DNA of 43,398 nucleotides from a virus (IMGVR_UViG_3300032144_000025:1-43398), one strand, 5' to 3'. Positions 7,584 through 16,963 are shown, numbered from the stretch's first letter. Numbers and translations: made by a program. Notes: generated by a model not told the origin, from the sequence alone.

Positions 7584-8572
7584 ACGACGAGAACCCCGAG
7601 ACCAAAACGCCCGCCGCGCCTGAGCGCAGCGACGCCGAAGCCGCCGCAGCCCGCGAAGCCTTTTTCGCGAAGGTGCCCGACCCGCCCGAGAAGGACGTGG
7701 TCGCGGCCCAGTCGGCCGACGGCGACGAGGAGGGCGACGAGGCCCCAAAAGGCCGCGCTGCCCGCGCGGAAGCGGATGCGTCGCCTGCCGCATCTTCAAC
7801 GAAAAAGGAGAAGCCGTCAGACAACGACTCTGCATCCGTGGCTGACCGGGTCGTCGCCGCCCTCAAGGCCGGTGACCTCGACACGCTCGCCGACCTGACC
7901 GACCAGGACCCAGCCGCCTTCGACGAGAAGTCGACGAAGTGGGCCGCGCGGAACCGCAAGGACGCGAAGCGCAAGGAGGAAATCGAGAAGGTCCGCGCCG
8001 ACGCCAAGGCCATAGTCGACCACTACGAACCTATCGACTCCCGGCTCGACGCCTTCCAAAAGACGAGGGATTACGCCATCGTGGCGGAGCTGGTGGAGCT
8101 GCTGACCGGCGAGGACTTCGACTCGGTCGGCATGAAGGTTTTCCGCGCGCGCAAGGGCGTCGACCCGCGCGTCCCGGAGCTGACCAAGAAGCTGCAGGAG
8201 CGCGAGGCCGAGGTGGCCGACCTGCGCACCACGAAGGAGAAGGCGGCCGACCGCGCGCTCCGCGAGGCGCTCCGGGACGACCTGCCGGAAGACCACGTCG
8301 TCCGGAAGCTCCCCGACTGGGAAGACCGGGTCGCGCGGACGTTGCGCGAATCGGTGGACGACACCGGCGAGCCTGCGCTAAGCTTCAAGCAGGCCGCCAA
8401 CCGGGTGGTCCGCAAGGAGCGCGAGGAGTACGAGAAGCGCGCCGCGGTGTTCGGCGAAGCCCCCAAGCCGCCCAAGACCCGCGCCGAGACCCCCGAGCGC
8501 GCTCGGGCCGCCACCGGCGCCGGCCAGCGCAAAATCAGCCGAGACGAGTTTTTCGCGTCGTTCGGGAAGTAA
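7580..8572 (+). CDS. Scaffolding protein (putative)
   Basis: GTG 7580 overlaps the portal stop (GTGA). 330 aa, highly charged (E/K/R/D/A-rich) and helical in character. The position after the portal fits a scaffold. Confidence 0.5.
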   Translation: MNDENPETKTPAAPERSDAEAAAAREAFFAKVPDPPEKDVVAAQSADGDEEGDEAPKGRAARAEADASPAASSTKKEKPSDNDSASVADRVVAALKAGDLDTLADLTDQDPAAFDEKSTKWAARNRKDAKRKEEIEKVRADAKAIVDHYEPIDSRLDAFQKTRDYAIVAELVELLTGEDFDSVGMKVFRARKGVDPRVPELTKKLQEREAEVADLRTTKEKAADRALREALRDDLPEDHVVRKLPDWEDRVARTLRESVDDTGEPALSFKQAANRVVRKEREEYEKRAAVFGEAPKPPKTRAETPERARAATGAGQRKISRDEFFASFGK

Positions 8573-8603
8573 CGCACCCAAAGCCCCCAGAAAGCCCTGC
8601 CCG

Positions 8604-9320
8604 ATGTCCAGAATTTACTGCAAGAACAACCACTTGGTCGTACGCGAGCCCGACGAGGCTCGCGACGCCGCACGCCACGAAAAGGTCTCGTTCCTCGGCG
8701 TGCGCGACGTCTCGGTCCCGCGCGGCCGCGTGGACGCCGCGTCCGGCCTGGTCCTGCTCAACACGGACGAGCTGGTCACCAGCCCGAACTCACACGAGGT
8801 CGTGGTCGTGGCCAGCTCGATGCGCGGCGTCTCGCCCGGCGAGCGCGTCATCGTGTTCCTCGGCGGCGACTCGCAAGGAGAGGTCTCGGCCAACGGTATC
8901 TCCGCTTTCGTGAAGGTCGAAGGAGAGGAGCGCTGGGTCGTCCACCAGGCCTTCGTCTGGGCCAAGGTCAAGGACGGCGAGGTCATCCCGCTCCACCACA
9001 TCGTGCTCACGGAGCGCAACGACGAGGCCTTCAAGCGCCACGCGCTCGGCGCCGGCTCGGTGCTGTTCCCCCCGGAGCAGCAGCTGACCGGCGGGATGCG
9101 CGCCACCGGAGACGACGCGAACGAGCAAATCCTGGCCGCCGTGACGGCGCTGTACGAGACCGTCCAGCGCACCGGCTCGGACGTCAAGGACCTGTCCCGC
9201 GGCGAGACGTTGTGCTTCTCGCCCAGCTTCTCGGCCACTCGCCTGAAGCGCCGGGTCGGGAACGAGACGCGGTACTACCACCTGGTTGACTCGCGGGATG
9301 CCTTCTTCACTGTCGAGTGA
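8604..9320 (+). CDS. Hypothetical protein with two GroES/Cpn10-like half-domains (tentative)
   Basis: Each half shows the Cpn10-like order. Half 1: HLVVREPDE ... HEVVVVASS ... VSPGERVIVF ... ERWVVHQAFVWAKV. Half 2: HHIVLTERNDE ... ALYETVQRTG ... LSRGETLCFS ... RYYHLVDSRDAFFTVE. Confidence 0.3.
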   Translation: MSRIYCKNNHLVVREPDEARDAARHEKVSFLGVRDVSVPRGRVDAASGLVLLNTDELVTSPNSHEVVVVASSMRGVSPGERVIVFLGGDSQGEVSANGISAFVKVEGEERWVVHQAFVWAKVKDGEVIPLHHIVLTERNDEAFKRHALGAGSVLFPPEQQLTGGMRATGDDANEQILAAVTALYETVQRTGSDVKDLSRGETLCFSPSFSATRLKRRVGNETRYYHLVDSRDAFFTVE

Positions 9321-9789
9321 CGTAGAGCCGGCAGGCCCGCGCCTGACCCCGGAACTAGCCCGGAACCTGCTCGGCGGCGCGCAGACCGGGCTTTTCCGCG
9401 GAGCCGTCGCGGAGTCGGTCGGCCTGAACCCCGACGTGCTGGACACCTGGCTCACGATGGGTCTGTCGTCCGGCGCGGTGGAGCCCTACCGCTCGTTCGC
9501 GCTGGCTTACCGCGCGGCCGAGCAGAAGGCGCAATTGCCCTACATCGCAGCCCTCCAGGCCGCCGCAACGGTGGATTGGAAGGCTGCGCTCGCGTGGCTC
9601 GCGGCCCGGTATCCCGAACAATGGGGCGCCAAGGCCACGAAGAACACGCAGGCCGGGGCGCTGCTCCCCTCGGCTGGCGACGAGCAGGCCGACGAGGCCA
9701 TGGTCGACCAGCTGCTAGAGACGATGCCGCCGGCCCTCCAGCGCGCCCTCGCGCGCCGGGGTATCAAGGTCCCGCCGGTCGGCGGTTAA
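9298..9789 (+). CDS. Putative DNA-binding / small terminase-like protein
   Basis: The motif DWKAALAWLAARYPEQWG resembles the W+A..W.LERR.PE.WG signature that I recall from phage small-terminase/HTH proteins. ATG 9298 is used, with TTG 9286 as an alternative. Confidence 0.3.
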   Translation: MPSSLSSDVEPAGPRLTPELARNLLGGAQTGLFRGAVAESVGLNPDVLDTWLTMGLSSGAVEPYRSFALAYRAAEQKAQLPYIAALQAAATVDWKAALAWLAARYPEQWGAKATKNTQAGALLPSAGDEQADEAMVDQLLETMPPALQRALARRGIKVPPVGG

Positions 9790-12700
9790 GCCGTCCGGTA
9801 CGGCGCCGGCGCCTGGACAGCCGCCGCGGTCTGGCTCACGCCGGGCCGCGGCCCGGCTCCCGCCTTCGGGGGGGCTGCCTCCGCGGCCTGCTGGAAGGCC
9901 AGGTTGGCCATCTGGACGGCCGTCGAAGAGAACGCCGGGTCGGCCAGGGCGCCGTCCCCATCGAACAGCCTGGCGTACGTGGTGCGCGCCTGGACGGTCG
10001 GGTGGGGCGTCTCGCGGATGGCCTGGTAGGCCTCGACCCGCACCTCGGCCAGCAGGTCGGGGTACAGCGTCTGGAGGGTCTCCAGCAGCTCGGGCGACAG
10101 GTACCCGACCTGCGCCGCCTCGCGCAGCGCGTCACGAGGGCGGAGGGCCGCCTGTTCGTATCGGGCATACTTGGCCGCAGCCTCGGACGACACCGGCGCG
10201 CCCGAGAGCCCGACGGGCGTCGGTTTGGAGGACTGCGGGAGCTTCTCGCGGAGGAAGGACGCCGCCGCGAACACGCCCTGGGCCGCCTTCGCGAAGGCCT
10301 CTGGCGGGGCTTCAGAGAGCCCTTCAGCCACCCGGTCGACCAGCTCCTGGGGGTTGGCCTGCCAAGCCTGGAACTCCTCCTGGCGCGCCGCGAGCTGCGA
10401 CCGCGAGTAGGCCAGTCGGGCGACCGTCTTCAGCGTCGCCTCCGGCGCCGCCGCAAACAGCGCTCGCGCCACCGACTTGACCAGCCGGCCTCGGCCGGCC
10501 TTCAGCAGCGACGCCGCCGCAGCGAAACCACCCACCGGCGCGGCGGAGGCTGCGGCCGCGTCCGGCTCGGACCCGTCGGCCTGGGCCGCGCCGGTCGCTG
10601 CCGCGCCGACGCCGACCGCCGCCGGGATGGTCAGGTGGCCGTAGTCGCCAAACACGAGCTTGCGGTTGTTCGGTCCCTGCTCGAAAACGAACGTAAACCC
10701 GTCTTTTTCCGGGTCGTAATATTCGGCGACCTTGCGGAACTGCCCACCGGCCGGCAGCACCATCTCGTGCTCCCCGGGGTTGATTCCGTACAGCCCGCCC
10801 GCGCGGTCGACCTTGCGGAAAACGAGGCGGGTGTTCCCGAAATTCGGGTCGGGCTGGTAGCCGGTGCTGGACGGAGCGGACATCACATAGTCGTCACGCG
10901 AGAGCAGCTCAGCGATGGCGCGCTCGTCCAGGTCGATGTAGCGGAACAACGGCCCGTGCTCGGTAGGGTTTTTCACCTCCAGCGCTTTGAGGGCCTCCGG
11001 AAACAGGCGGGCTTTTTCGATTACACCTTGGTCGTCTATCCAGTGCGGGCCTACGCCAGTCTGCTCGACGGTGCGCGCAGTGTGCGACGACCCTATCCAA
11101 TCCTGAACAGCTTCTTTCAGCTCGTCCGGAAGCTCCTCGTAGCGCTTGGCCGTATCCAGCCGGACCTGGTTCAAACCCTCCGGCAGACCGAACGGGTTGG
11201 CGTCTGACGTCAGGCCTTTAACCTTGTTCTGTAGCGGAGTCGACCCGCCGTACACGTCTACGTCCAGCTCGGGTGGAGGTGCCTCCAGCAGCTCCTTCGA
11301 ATCGTCGACCAGGCGGTTGGCGACGTTAGGCTGGTTTTTGAACATAGCGCCGAGCTTGTAGCTCGCGCCCAGCTGGGTGCGCAGGTCTTGCGCGCGGCCC
11401 GTCGTCATCCTTCGATGGAAATCCTCCAGGAGGTCCAGGCGCTTGACCAGCAGGTCACCTAGCTCTGGTGGCGCCGTGGCCGCGATGTTTTCCAGCTGGC
11501 CGCGGTGCTCTAACAGCTGCTTCAGAGAGCCCAGCAGCCGCTCGGGGCCGTCGTAGCCGGCGCGCTTGAGCACCGCGGCGTAATTCGGATTCACCTTTCG
11601 GTCGAAAAACCCTGTGATTTCGGACAAGTCCCCCAAAACCTCGGCCGACTTCTGGTCACCCATCGCGCGGAACATCAGAGACGAGCCGTTGTCGACGCGC
11701 ACAGGCCGACCGTTGCGGAAGATGACGTTGTCGAAGTCCTGGCCCAGAACGTCCCAATTCGCCAGCAGTACGTCCCCCCAGAAACCTCGGGCCAGCTCCT
11801 GGGCCTGGTCGGTGTACAAGTCTTCGGGCTGTAAGCCACGCTCCAGCTCGTCCTCGGGCAGCATCTTGGCCATGTGCAGCGCGCGGCCGTCGGGCATGTC
11901 CTTCACTACGGATTCGACCGCGGCGTCTTCGCCGAGGAAAGTGCGGTACACTTCATTCCCCACGGCCTCGGCTTGAGCCTGGCGAGGGTCGTCGTAGACC
12001 TTGGCGTACCAGTCCTCCCCCCCAGGCGAGCGGAACACTCCTCCTTCGTTCGAGCCTGCCTGCGGCCCGACGCGCTCCCAACCCTCCCCTAGGGCTTCTT
12101 CCACCGTAGCCGGGCCGGCGTCGGCCGGGCGCGGCTCGGGCGCGGCCGACGCCGGCGGAAGCTCCGTCGGCGACGACGCGCGCTCCGCTCGGTCCGCCGC
12201 CAGGGCCAGTTCGTCCTCGACCATCTGGTCCAGGTTCTCCTCCAGGTCGTCCGCGAAGCGCGTGGCCAGCTCGTCGTCCGGCGCGGCCGCGCGGATGGAC
12301 TCCAGCACGCCTCGCGCCTGGGCCTCCAGCTCTGCGCGGAGCGCCTCCAGCTTCGGTGCCTGCGCGCGGTCGAACATTCCCGCCTCGGCCACCGGCTCGG
12401 TCTCCAGCAGTTCGGCCTGGCCTCGGCTGACCTCGCGTTCCCCGACGAAACGAGTGGGGCGCTCGGCCGGCGGGAGTGACCGCGACTCCGGGGCTACAGA
12501 CGGACCCAGCTCGTCCACCCCGGTCGGGCGCGCGGGGGCGTCGGAGAAAATCCCGACGTCCAGCTCCTCCGGACCTTCCGACGGGCCGACGCTGGGGCGC
12601 GCGGTGCCTGGCGGGGCGGAGCCTGGGCCGACGTCGATTTGGCCTTGCGGCTTGATGGCGTACGCGCCGGCCGGGACGCGCGCGTTGTCCAGGCGCGTCG

Positions 12701-14639
12701 GGCCGACGCCCGGCAGCGCCTCCGGGCCGGGCGGCAGGTTCTCGCCCACCTCGCGGAACGGCAGCATTCCGACGCCGGGGGCCGGGGGCGGCACGGACGC
12801 CGGGCCGAACGGGCTACGTGGGGAGGGTGTGGTCAGGTCGTCCAGCAGCGACTGGACGGAGCGGTCGGCGCCGGCCGCGCCGGGCAGCTCGCCCTTCGCC
12901 AGCAGCTTGGCCATCGACTTGGCTTCGCCGGCGCCCCAGCCCAGCCGTTGGGCCGCGCGGAACACCCAGTCGCCGGCCCTAGCACCTCGCAGCGCGCCGA
13001 AGGCGGCCGCGCCGGCAAACGGACCCGCGGCCGCACCGGCCGCCACGCCGCCGGCCACCTCGGCGCCCAGCTCGACGGCCTTCGACCGCTCGCTGGTCCG
13101 ACGGGCCGCCTGCGCGATGTACTCGGCGTTCGCGACGGCTTTCCGCAGCCGGCGGACCCTTTCGAGGGTGTCTCGCGCCGCTTTCGGGGCGTCGGCCTCG
13201 CCGGAGCGCGCGATGGCTTCGACGCCGTCCAGGTAGTCCCGGAACTGCTCGGCCAGGCGCGAACCATCGACATCGTTCACGTTTCGGGAGAAAAACGCCC
13301 GGACCTTGGCCGGGTCGCCCTGGAAAACGTCGAAGCCTCGCTCATTTTTGTACGGCGAGAACATCAGCTTTCCCTTGACCGTCTTCTCGGTCGGGAAATA
13401 CTTCTCGTGGAACGGCGTGTTGTAGGCCGCCTGAGCCTCGGCCGCCGCACGGCCCCACGCATCCTCGCGCAGGAGCGCCTCGCGCGTCTGACGCTCGGCG
13501 GCGTCCACCGCGGCCAGACCGTCGCGCGACAGCCACGCCGCGCCGGGGTTGTTCTCATAGGCCTGGTGTAGGTCCTGCTGGAACTCCTGGAGGGCCTGGC
13601 GGTTTTCGTCCAGCGTCCGCCACAGCCGGCGACCCGTACGGTACGGGTCCTCCAGCTGCGCGATGCGGTCGTCGATTTGCTTCAGCAGCGACCGGGCCGC
13701 GCCCGACGGCGCGTCGCCGACTTCGGCCGACACGGCGTCGCGGAGCTGCTGTAGGCCTGCGTGCGCCTCGATGCGGATGGGTGCTTGCGTCTCGGGTGCG
13801 TCTTCGACCACCTTGGAGATACGCGCGCGCTTGCGGTCCTGGCGCGAGACCTCCTCGAAAGAGACCTGCAGGTCGTCCAGGTCGCGGGCCGCGAGGTCCG
13901 CCAGCTCGTTCTGGTACTGCTCCGCGTGGTGCGCGACACGGAAGTCGTTCAGCCACCCACCCTTCGTGAGGGCGTCGTCGACGTCGTCGGCAATCGCCTC
14001 GCGCTCTGCCTTGGCCAGGAGGTTGCGGGTCCCGCCGACCGCGCGCGAGACAGCCCAGCCGGCGCCTCGGCCGATGGCCTCGCCGGCCAGGCCGGCCACG
14101 GCGGCGTCCGTCCAGCTGAAGTCGTCCGCCGCGAGGCGCGTCTGCTCGGCCTCGGTCTGCGCGCCGCCGAGCGCGGACTGGGCCACGAAGTCCGCCGCGC
14201 GCACGCCCAGCTGGGCCGCGCGGCCGAGCTTCGCAGCCGCGCCGGCCGCCACAGCCGCCTCGCCGAGAGCGCCGCTCGCGACGGCCAGGGGGAGCTGGCC
14301 GGCCACTTCGTAGGCGAAGGCCTCGCCCGGGTGCTCCTCTTGGAAACGCAAACCGCGGGCGCGCGCCTCGGGGGAGTCCAGCCCGGGGAGCAGGCCGAAC
14401 GTCGCCGCGGAATAGAGCTTCTCCTTCGCGGCCTCGGACTCGTAGCCCTCGGGCGCGGTCAACAGGCCCTGGGTGACGGCCTCCTGGTCACCGAGAGCGC
14501 CGATTTCGCCCTGCTGCACGGCCTGGCGACCCGCCTCGTCCACGGGCTGAAAGCCCTGGTCGAGCGCGAGCTGCTGCTGAGAGTCGTCGATGACGACGAC
14601 TTCGCCGGTCTTTGGGTCTCGGACGTAAAGGTCTGCCAT
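9786..14639 (-). CDS. Giant virion/ejection protein (1617 aa) carrying a kinase-like domain and an ADP-ribosyltransferase domain
   Basis: Last gene of the virion operon. Ala/Gly-rich hydrophobic segments resemble those of ejection proteins. Enzymatic cores are listed as separate features below. Confidence 0.8.
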   Translation of the reverse strand: MADLYVRDPKTGEVVVIDDSQQQLALDQGFQPVDEAGRQAVQQGEIGALGDQEAVTQGLLTAPEGYESEAAKEKLYSAATFGLLPGLDSPEARARGLRFQEEHPGEAFAYEVAGQLPLAVASGALGEAAVAAGAAAKLGRAAQLGVRAADFVAQSALGGAQTEAEQTRLAADDFSWTDAAVAGLAGEAIGRGAGWAVSRAVGGTRNLLAKAEREAIADDVDDALTKGGWLNDFRVAHHAEQYQNELADLAARDLDDLQVSFEEVSRQDRKRARISKVVEDAPETQAPIRIEAHAGLQQLRDAVSAEVGDAPSGAARSLLKQIDDRIAQLEDPYRTGRRLWRTLDENRQALQEFQQDLHQAYENNPGAAWLSRDGLAAVDAAERQTREALLREDAWGRAAAEAQAAYNTPFHEKYFPTEKTVKGKLMFSPYKNERGFDVFQGDPAKVRAFFSRNVNDVDGSRLAEQFRDYLDGVEAIARSGEADAPKAARDTLERVRRLRKAVANAEYIAQAARRTSERSKAVELGAEVAGGVAAGAAAGPFAGAAAFGALRGARAGDWVFRAAQRLGWGAGEAKSMAKLLAKGELPGAAGADRSVQSLLDDLTTPSPRSPFGPASVPPPAPGVGMLPFREVGENLPPGPEALPGVGPTRLDNARVPAGAYAIKPQGQIDVGPGSAPPGTARPSVGPSEGPEELDVGIFSDAPARPTGVDELGPSVAPESRSLPPAERPTRFVGEREVSRGQAELLETEPVAEAGMFDRAQAPKLEALRAELEAQARGVLESIRAAAPDDELATRFADDLEENLDQMVEDELALAADRAERASSPTELPPASAAPEPRPADAGPATVEEALGEGWERVGPQAGSNEGGVFRSPGGEDWYAKVYDDPRQAQAEAVGNEVYRTFLGEDAAVESVVKDMPDGRALHMAKMLPEDELERGLQPEDLYTDQAQELARGFWGDVLLANWDVLGQDFDNVIFRNGRPVRVDNGSSLMFRAMGDQKSAEVLGDLSEITGFFDRKVNPNYAAVLKRAGYDGPERLLGSLKQLLEHRGQLENIAATAPPELGDLLVKRLDLLEDFHRRMTTGRAQDLRTQLGASYKLGAMFKNQPNVANRLVDDSKELLEAPPPELDVDVYGGSTPLQNKVKGLTSDANPFGLPEGLNQVRLDTAKRYEELPDELKEAVQDWIGSSHTARTVEQTGVGPHWIDDQGVIEKARLFPEALKALEVKNPTEHGPLFRYIDLDERAIAELLSRDDYVMSAPSSTGYQPDPNFGNTRLVFRKVDRAGGLYGINPGEHEMVLPAGGQFRKVAEYYDPEKDGFTFVFEQGPNNRKLVFGDYGHLTIPAAVGVGAAATGAAQADGSEPDAAAASAAPVGGFAAAASLLKAGRGRLVKSVARALFAAAPEATLKTVARLAYSRSQLAARQEEFQAWQANPQELVDRVAEGLSEAPPEAFAKAAQGVFAAASFLREKLPQSSKPTPVGLSGAPVSSEAAAKYARYEQAALRPRDALREAAQVGYLSPELLETLQTLYPDLLAEVRVEAYQAIRETPHPTVQARTTYARLFDGDGALADPAFSSTAVQMANLAFQQAAEAAPPKAGAGPRPGVSQTAAAVQAPAPYRTA
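10640..11140 (-). other. ADP-ribosyltransferase (R-S-ExE) domain within the giant protein
   Basis: PLFRY (Arg codon at 10941-10943), MSAPSSTG (about 10863-10886) and NPGEHEMVLPAGGQF (E-H-E at 10765-10773). Order and spacing are comparable to SpvB/iota/C3-type toxins and T4 Alt. Confidence 0.65.
11400..12080 (-). other. Protein-kinase-like / PI3K-PI4K-like catalytic core within the giant protein
   Basis: Gly-rich loop GPQAGSNEGGVF, Lys in WYAKVY and Glu in AEAVGNEVY. Catalytic-loop-like ANWDVLGQDFDNVIF and metal-loop-like VRVDNGSSLMF (compare DRHxxN...IDFG). Confidence 0.45.
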
Positions 14640-14642
14640 GGG

Positions 14643-15065
14643 TCAGGGCTGCTTTTTCTGCCAAGCGTCATAGCGCTTGTGCATGTTTCGGCCGTACTGG
14701 GCCTCGTCTGCGGTGTAGTAGCCCGCGGCTTTCAGCGCGCGGTTATAGGCGTCCAGGTCGCCCTGGTCGGCGACGTCCAGGAGGCCCTTGCGGTCCAGAT
14801 ACTCGATGTAGGTCTGTAGACCTTCGTCGAGCGTCTCGTGGGCCAAGAACGGCTCGCGGCGGTCGACGCGCTTTCCGTTCTCCATTTCCCACGTCTTCAG
14901 GGTCTGGTACTTGACCCCTTCGCGGTCGGGCGCTTTCATATTCCCGACGTTGTAGCCGTAGGAGTATTTCCCGTCGGCCGTCTCCAACGCGATTTGCGCG
15001 GCCAAGATGTCCGCCGCCGGGCCGTCGCCCAGCTTCTGCCGCAGCGTGGAGCGGACTTCGTCCAT
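14643..15065 (-). CDS. Virion-associated peptidoglycan hydrolase (FlgJ-type glucosaminidase-like)
   Basis: ILAAQIALETADGKYSYGYNVGNMKAP...YQTLKTWEMENGKRV...FLAHETLDEGLQTYIEYL resembles the glucosaminidase pattern AQA.LESGWG...N.FGIK...T.E...G...F..Y.s. ATG 15065 follows the upstream stop directly. The Arg-rich N-terminal extension in the ORF track (to 15617) is rejected. Confidence 0.55.
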   Translation of the reverse strand: MDEVRSTLRQKLGDGPAADILAAQIALETADGKYSYGYNVGNMKAPDREGVKYQTLKTWEMENGKRVDRREPFLAHETLDEGLQTYIEYLDRKGLLDVADQGDLDAYNRALKAAGYYTADEAQYGRNMHKRYDAWQKKQP

Positions 15066-15067
15066 GT

Positions 15068-16963
15068 TCAGCGGGGTGCGCCGGGCTTCAACTCGCGTAG
15101 CCTTCGATAGGTCCCGCGTAGGGAGCCCGTCGTTGAGGTATCCGGCACCTGCCCCGCGGGGGACGTCGGAGCCGGGGGTAAAGGGCCCGGCGCGGCGCCT
15201 CCCGCACCTTCGGGGCCGGGCGCGGCGCCGGGAGCCGTCTGGCCGGTCCGGCGCTTGATTTGCAGCTGCTCTCCGCCGCGCGCGTCCTGGAGGTTCTGGT
15301 CGGAGCGCGCGTGCTGGCGGAGCAAGTCGAGGTAGCGCCTCGCGTTGCCGCCGGCCACGCCGGTCGCCGTCGTGACGGTTCGTTGCTCGGCCTCCTGGGC
15401 CTTCTGGGCCAGGGCCGCGAGCGTGGTGCTCGACTCGCCGGAGTCCATGATAGCGTTGAAGTTTTTGCCCTCGTTCTCCGAATCGATGGACTTGATGTTC
15501 ACCGTCTGCTTGAACGCGAGCTTGGCCTCTTCGATGAGCTGCTTCGTGTTGACCTGCTCCTTCGCGTTCTGGATACCCAGCCGCGCAGCCACGCCGGCCA
15601 GGCCGAGGGATTCCCACGACGCCGGGGTCTTGGCTTGCAGCACGCCGCCGTTCCGCGCGGCGATGGTCTTCAACGCCTCGTTCACGGCCTTCAGACGCTC
15701 GGCGCCCACGACGACGTCGCCGAGCTTGTCCTCGGTCATGGCCTTGTCGTGGCGCTTGCGGTCGACGCCCAACGACTTCAGCGCAACGTCGAATCGCGTC
15801 TGCGGTCCGGTGCCGGGGGTAGCGCGCTCCTCTTCCTGGACGCGCCGAGAGACCTGCTCGGACACGCGCGAGCCGATGGCGTTCTGCCGCTCGGCGACTT
15901 GCATCGCCTGCTGCGCTTTGTAGGTCTCCAGGCCGGGCGGGGGCTGAAGGCCGGCGCGCTGGGCCTCCAGGTCTATTTTCTTGTTGACGATGCCGGACAG
16001 CTGTGCCCGGATGGTGTCCTCGGTGTTTTTGGCGTCGCCCATCAGGCGCTCGCGCGAGCGATACGTCGAATCGCGCTGGGCCTGCTGGATGCGGACGTAG
16101 CGGTCCTGGGCCTGGTTCAGCGCCTGGACCATCTGGTTCAGCGCTGGGTTTTGGCCCTTCGTGGCGCCCTGGAGGAAGCCCGAGAGCGCGAGCGCGACCC
16201 AGGCGCCGGCCGTGCGGCCCGGCGAGCTGGTCCAGAACTCGTCTTCGTCGAGCGGGGTCTTCTCCATTGCTTGGATGACCCGCTGGTGCTCCGCGCGCTC
16301 CAGCGCGGCCTGGCGCGCCTGGCGCTGCAGCTCGCGCTCTTGCGCGTCGCGTGCGTCCAGCTCGGTGTCGAGGACGTCCGCGCGGCCGCGGTACGCCATC
16401 GTGTCTTTCAGGTGCGCGGCCTGGGCCTCTTCGTCCTGGGCAGACGACAGCCGCGCTGCCATCACGTCCGGGTCGTCGACCGTCCGCGTCTGCGTGACGT
16501 CTTGCGACTCGGTTTGGGAGTACGGCGCGAAGCCGCCGGGCGCGCCCGGGGCCACCACCTCGCCGTAGTCGACCGTGGGCTGGCCGGTGGCCGTGCCGGG
16601 GAGCGCGCCAGGCACCAGCGCCGGCGGAGGCGCGACCGCGGCGGCCTGCTGCTCGGCCGCGAGCTGGTCAGGGGTCAGCGAAGCGTCCAGGCCGGAGCCC
16701 GAGACGTCGAAGCCTACCGGCTCGGCGCCGGGCGGCGGGGCGGGCGGGGCGACCGGAGGCCCGAACGCGGCGCCGGCGGCGTAGTTCGGTCCAGGCGCGG
16801 CTGGCGTCTGCGGTAGGGCCTCGGCCGTACCCTTCGGCAACGTCGACGTGCGTCCGTCCGAGAACGACACTTCGACCCAGCCGGGGTTGGCCGGGTCTTC
16901 GACCATCCCGTCGACGGTGGCGTCGGGCGGCAGGTCGGCATACAGCTCGTCTTCGGGACCCAT
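15068..16963 (-). CDS. Internal virion / ejection protein (putative), coiled-coil rich
   Basis: 631 aa with a Pro/Ala-rich N-terminal third followed by long Q/A/R/E helical stretches. It lies between the fibre-like gene and the PG hydrolase. No enzymatic motif. Confidence 0.4.
   Translation of the reverse strand: MGPEDELYADLPPDATVDGMVEDPANPGWVEVSFSDGRTSTLPKGTAEALPQTPAAPGPNYAAGAAFGPPVAPPAPPPGAEPVGFDVSGSGLDASLTPDQLAAEQQAAAVAPPPALVPGALPGTATGQPTVDYGEVVAPGAPGGFAPYSQTESQDVTQTRTVDDPDVMAARLSSAQDEEAQAAHLKDTMAYRGRADVLDTELDARDAQERELQRQARQAALERAEHQRVIQAMEKTPLDEDEFWTSSPGRTAGAWVALALSGFLQGATKGQNPALNQMVQALNQAQDRYVRIQQAQRDSTYRSRERLMGDAKNTEDTIRAQLSGIVNKKIDLEAQRAGLQPPPGLETYKAQQAMQVAERQNAIGSRVSEQVSRRVQEEERATPGTGPQTRFDVALKSLGVDRKRHDKAMTEDKLGDVVVGAERLKAVNEALKTIAARNGGVLQAKTPASWESLGLAGVAARLGIQNAKEQVNTKQLIEEAKLAFKQTVNIKSIDSENEGKNFNAIMDSGESSTTLAALAQKAQEAEQRTVTTATGVAGGNARRYLDLLRQHARSDQNLQDARGGEQLQIKRRTGQTAPGAAPGPEGAGGAAPGPLPPAPTSPAGQVPDTSTTGSLRGTYRRLRELKPGAPR

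Noticed and set aside
9576-11207. 543-aa plus-strand ORF
   Set aside because: It is antisense to the ART-domain region of the 1617-aa gene. Its sequence is Arg/Gly-rich and has no motif.
14643-15617. Full 324-aa version of the ORF containing the glucosaminidase-like domain
   Set aside because: The N-terminal 184 residues are Arg/Gly/Pro-rich and overlap the 3' end of the 631-aa gene in another frame. ATG 15065 sits directly after that gene's stop.
15260-16816. 518-aa plus-strand ORF
   Set aside because: It is antisense to the 631-aa virion protein. It has R/G/L-rich shadow composition.
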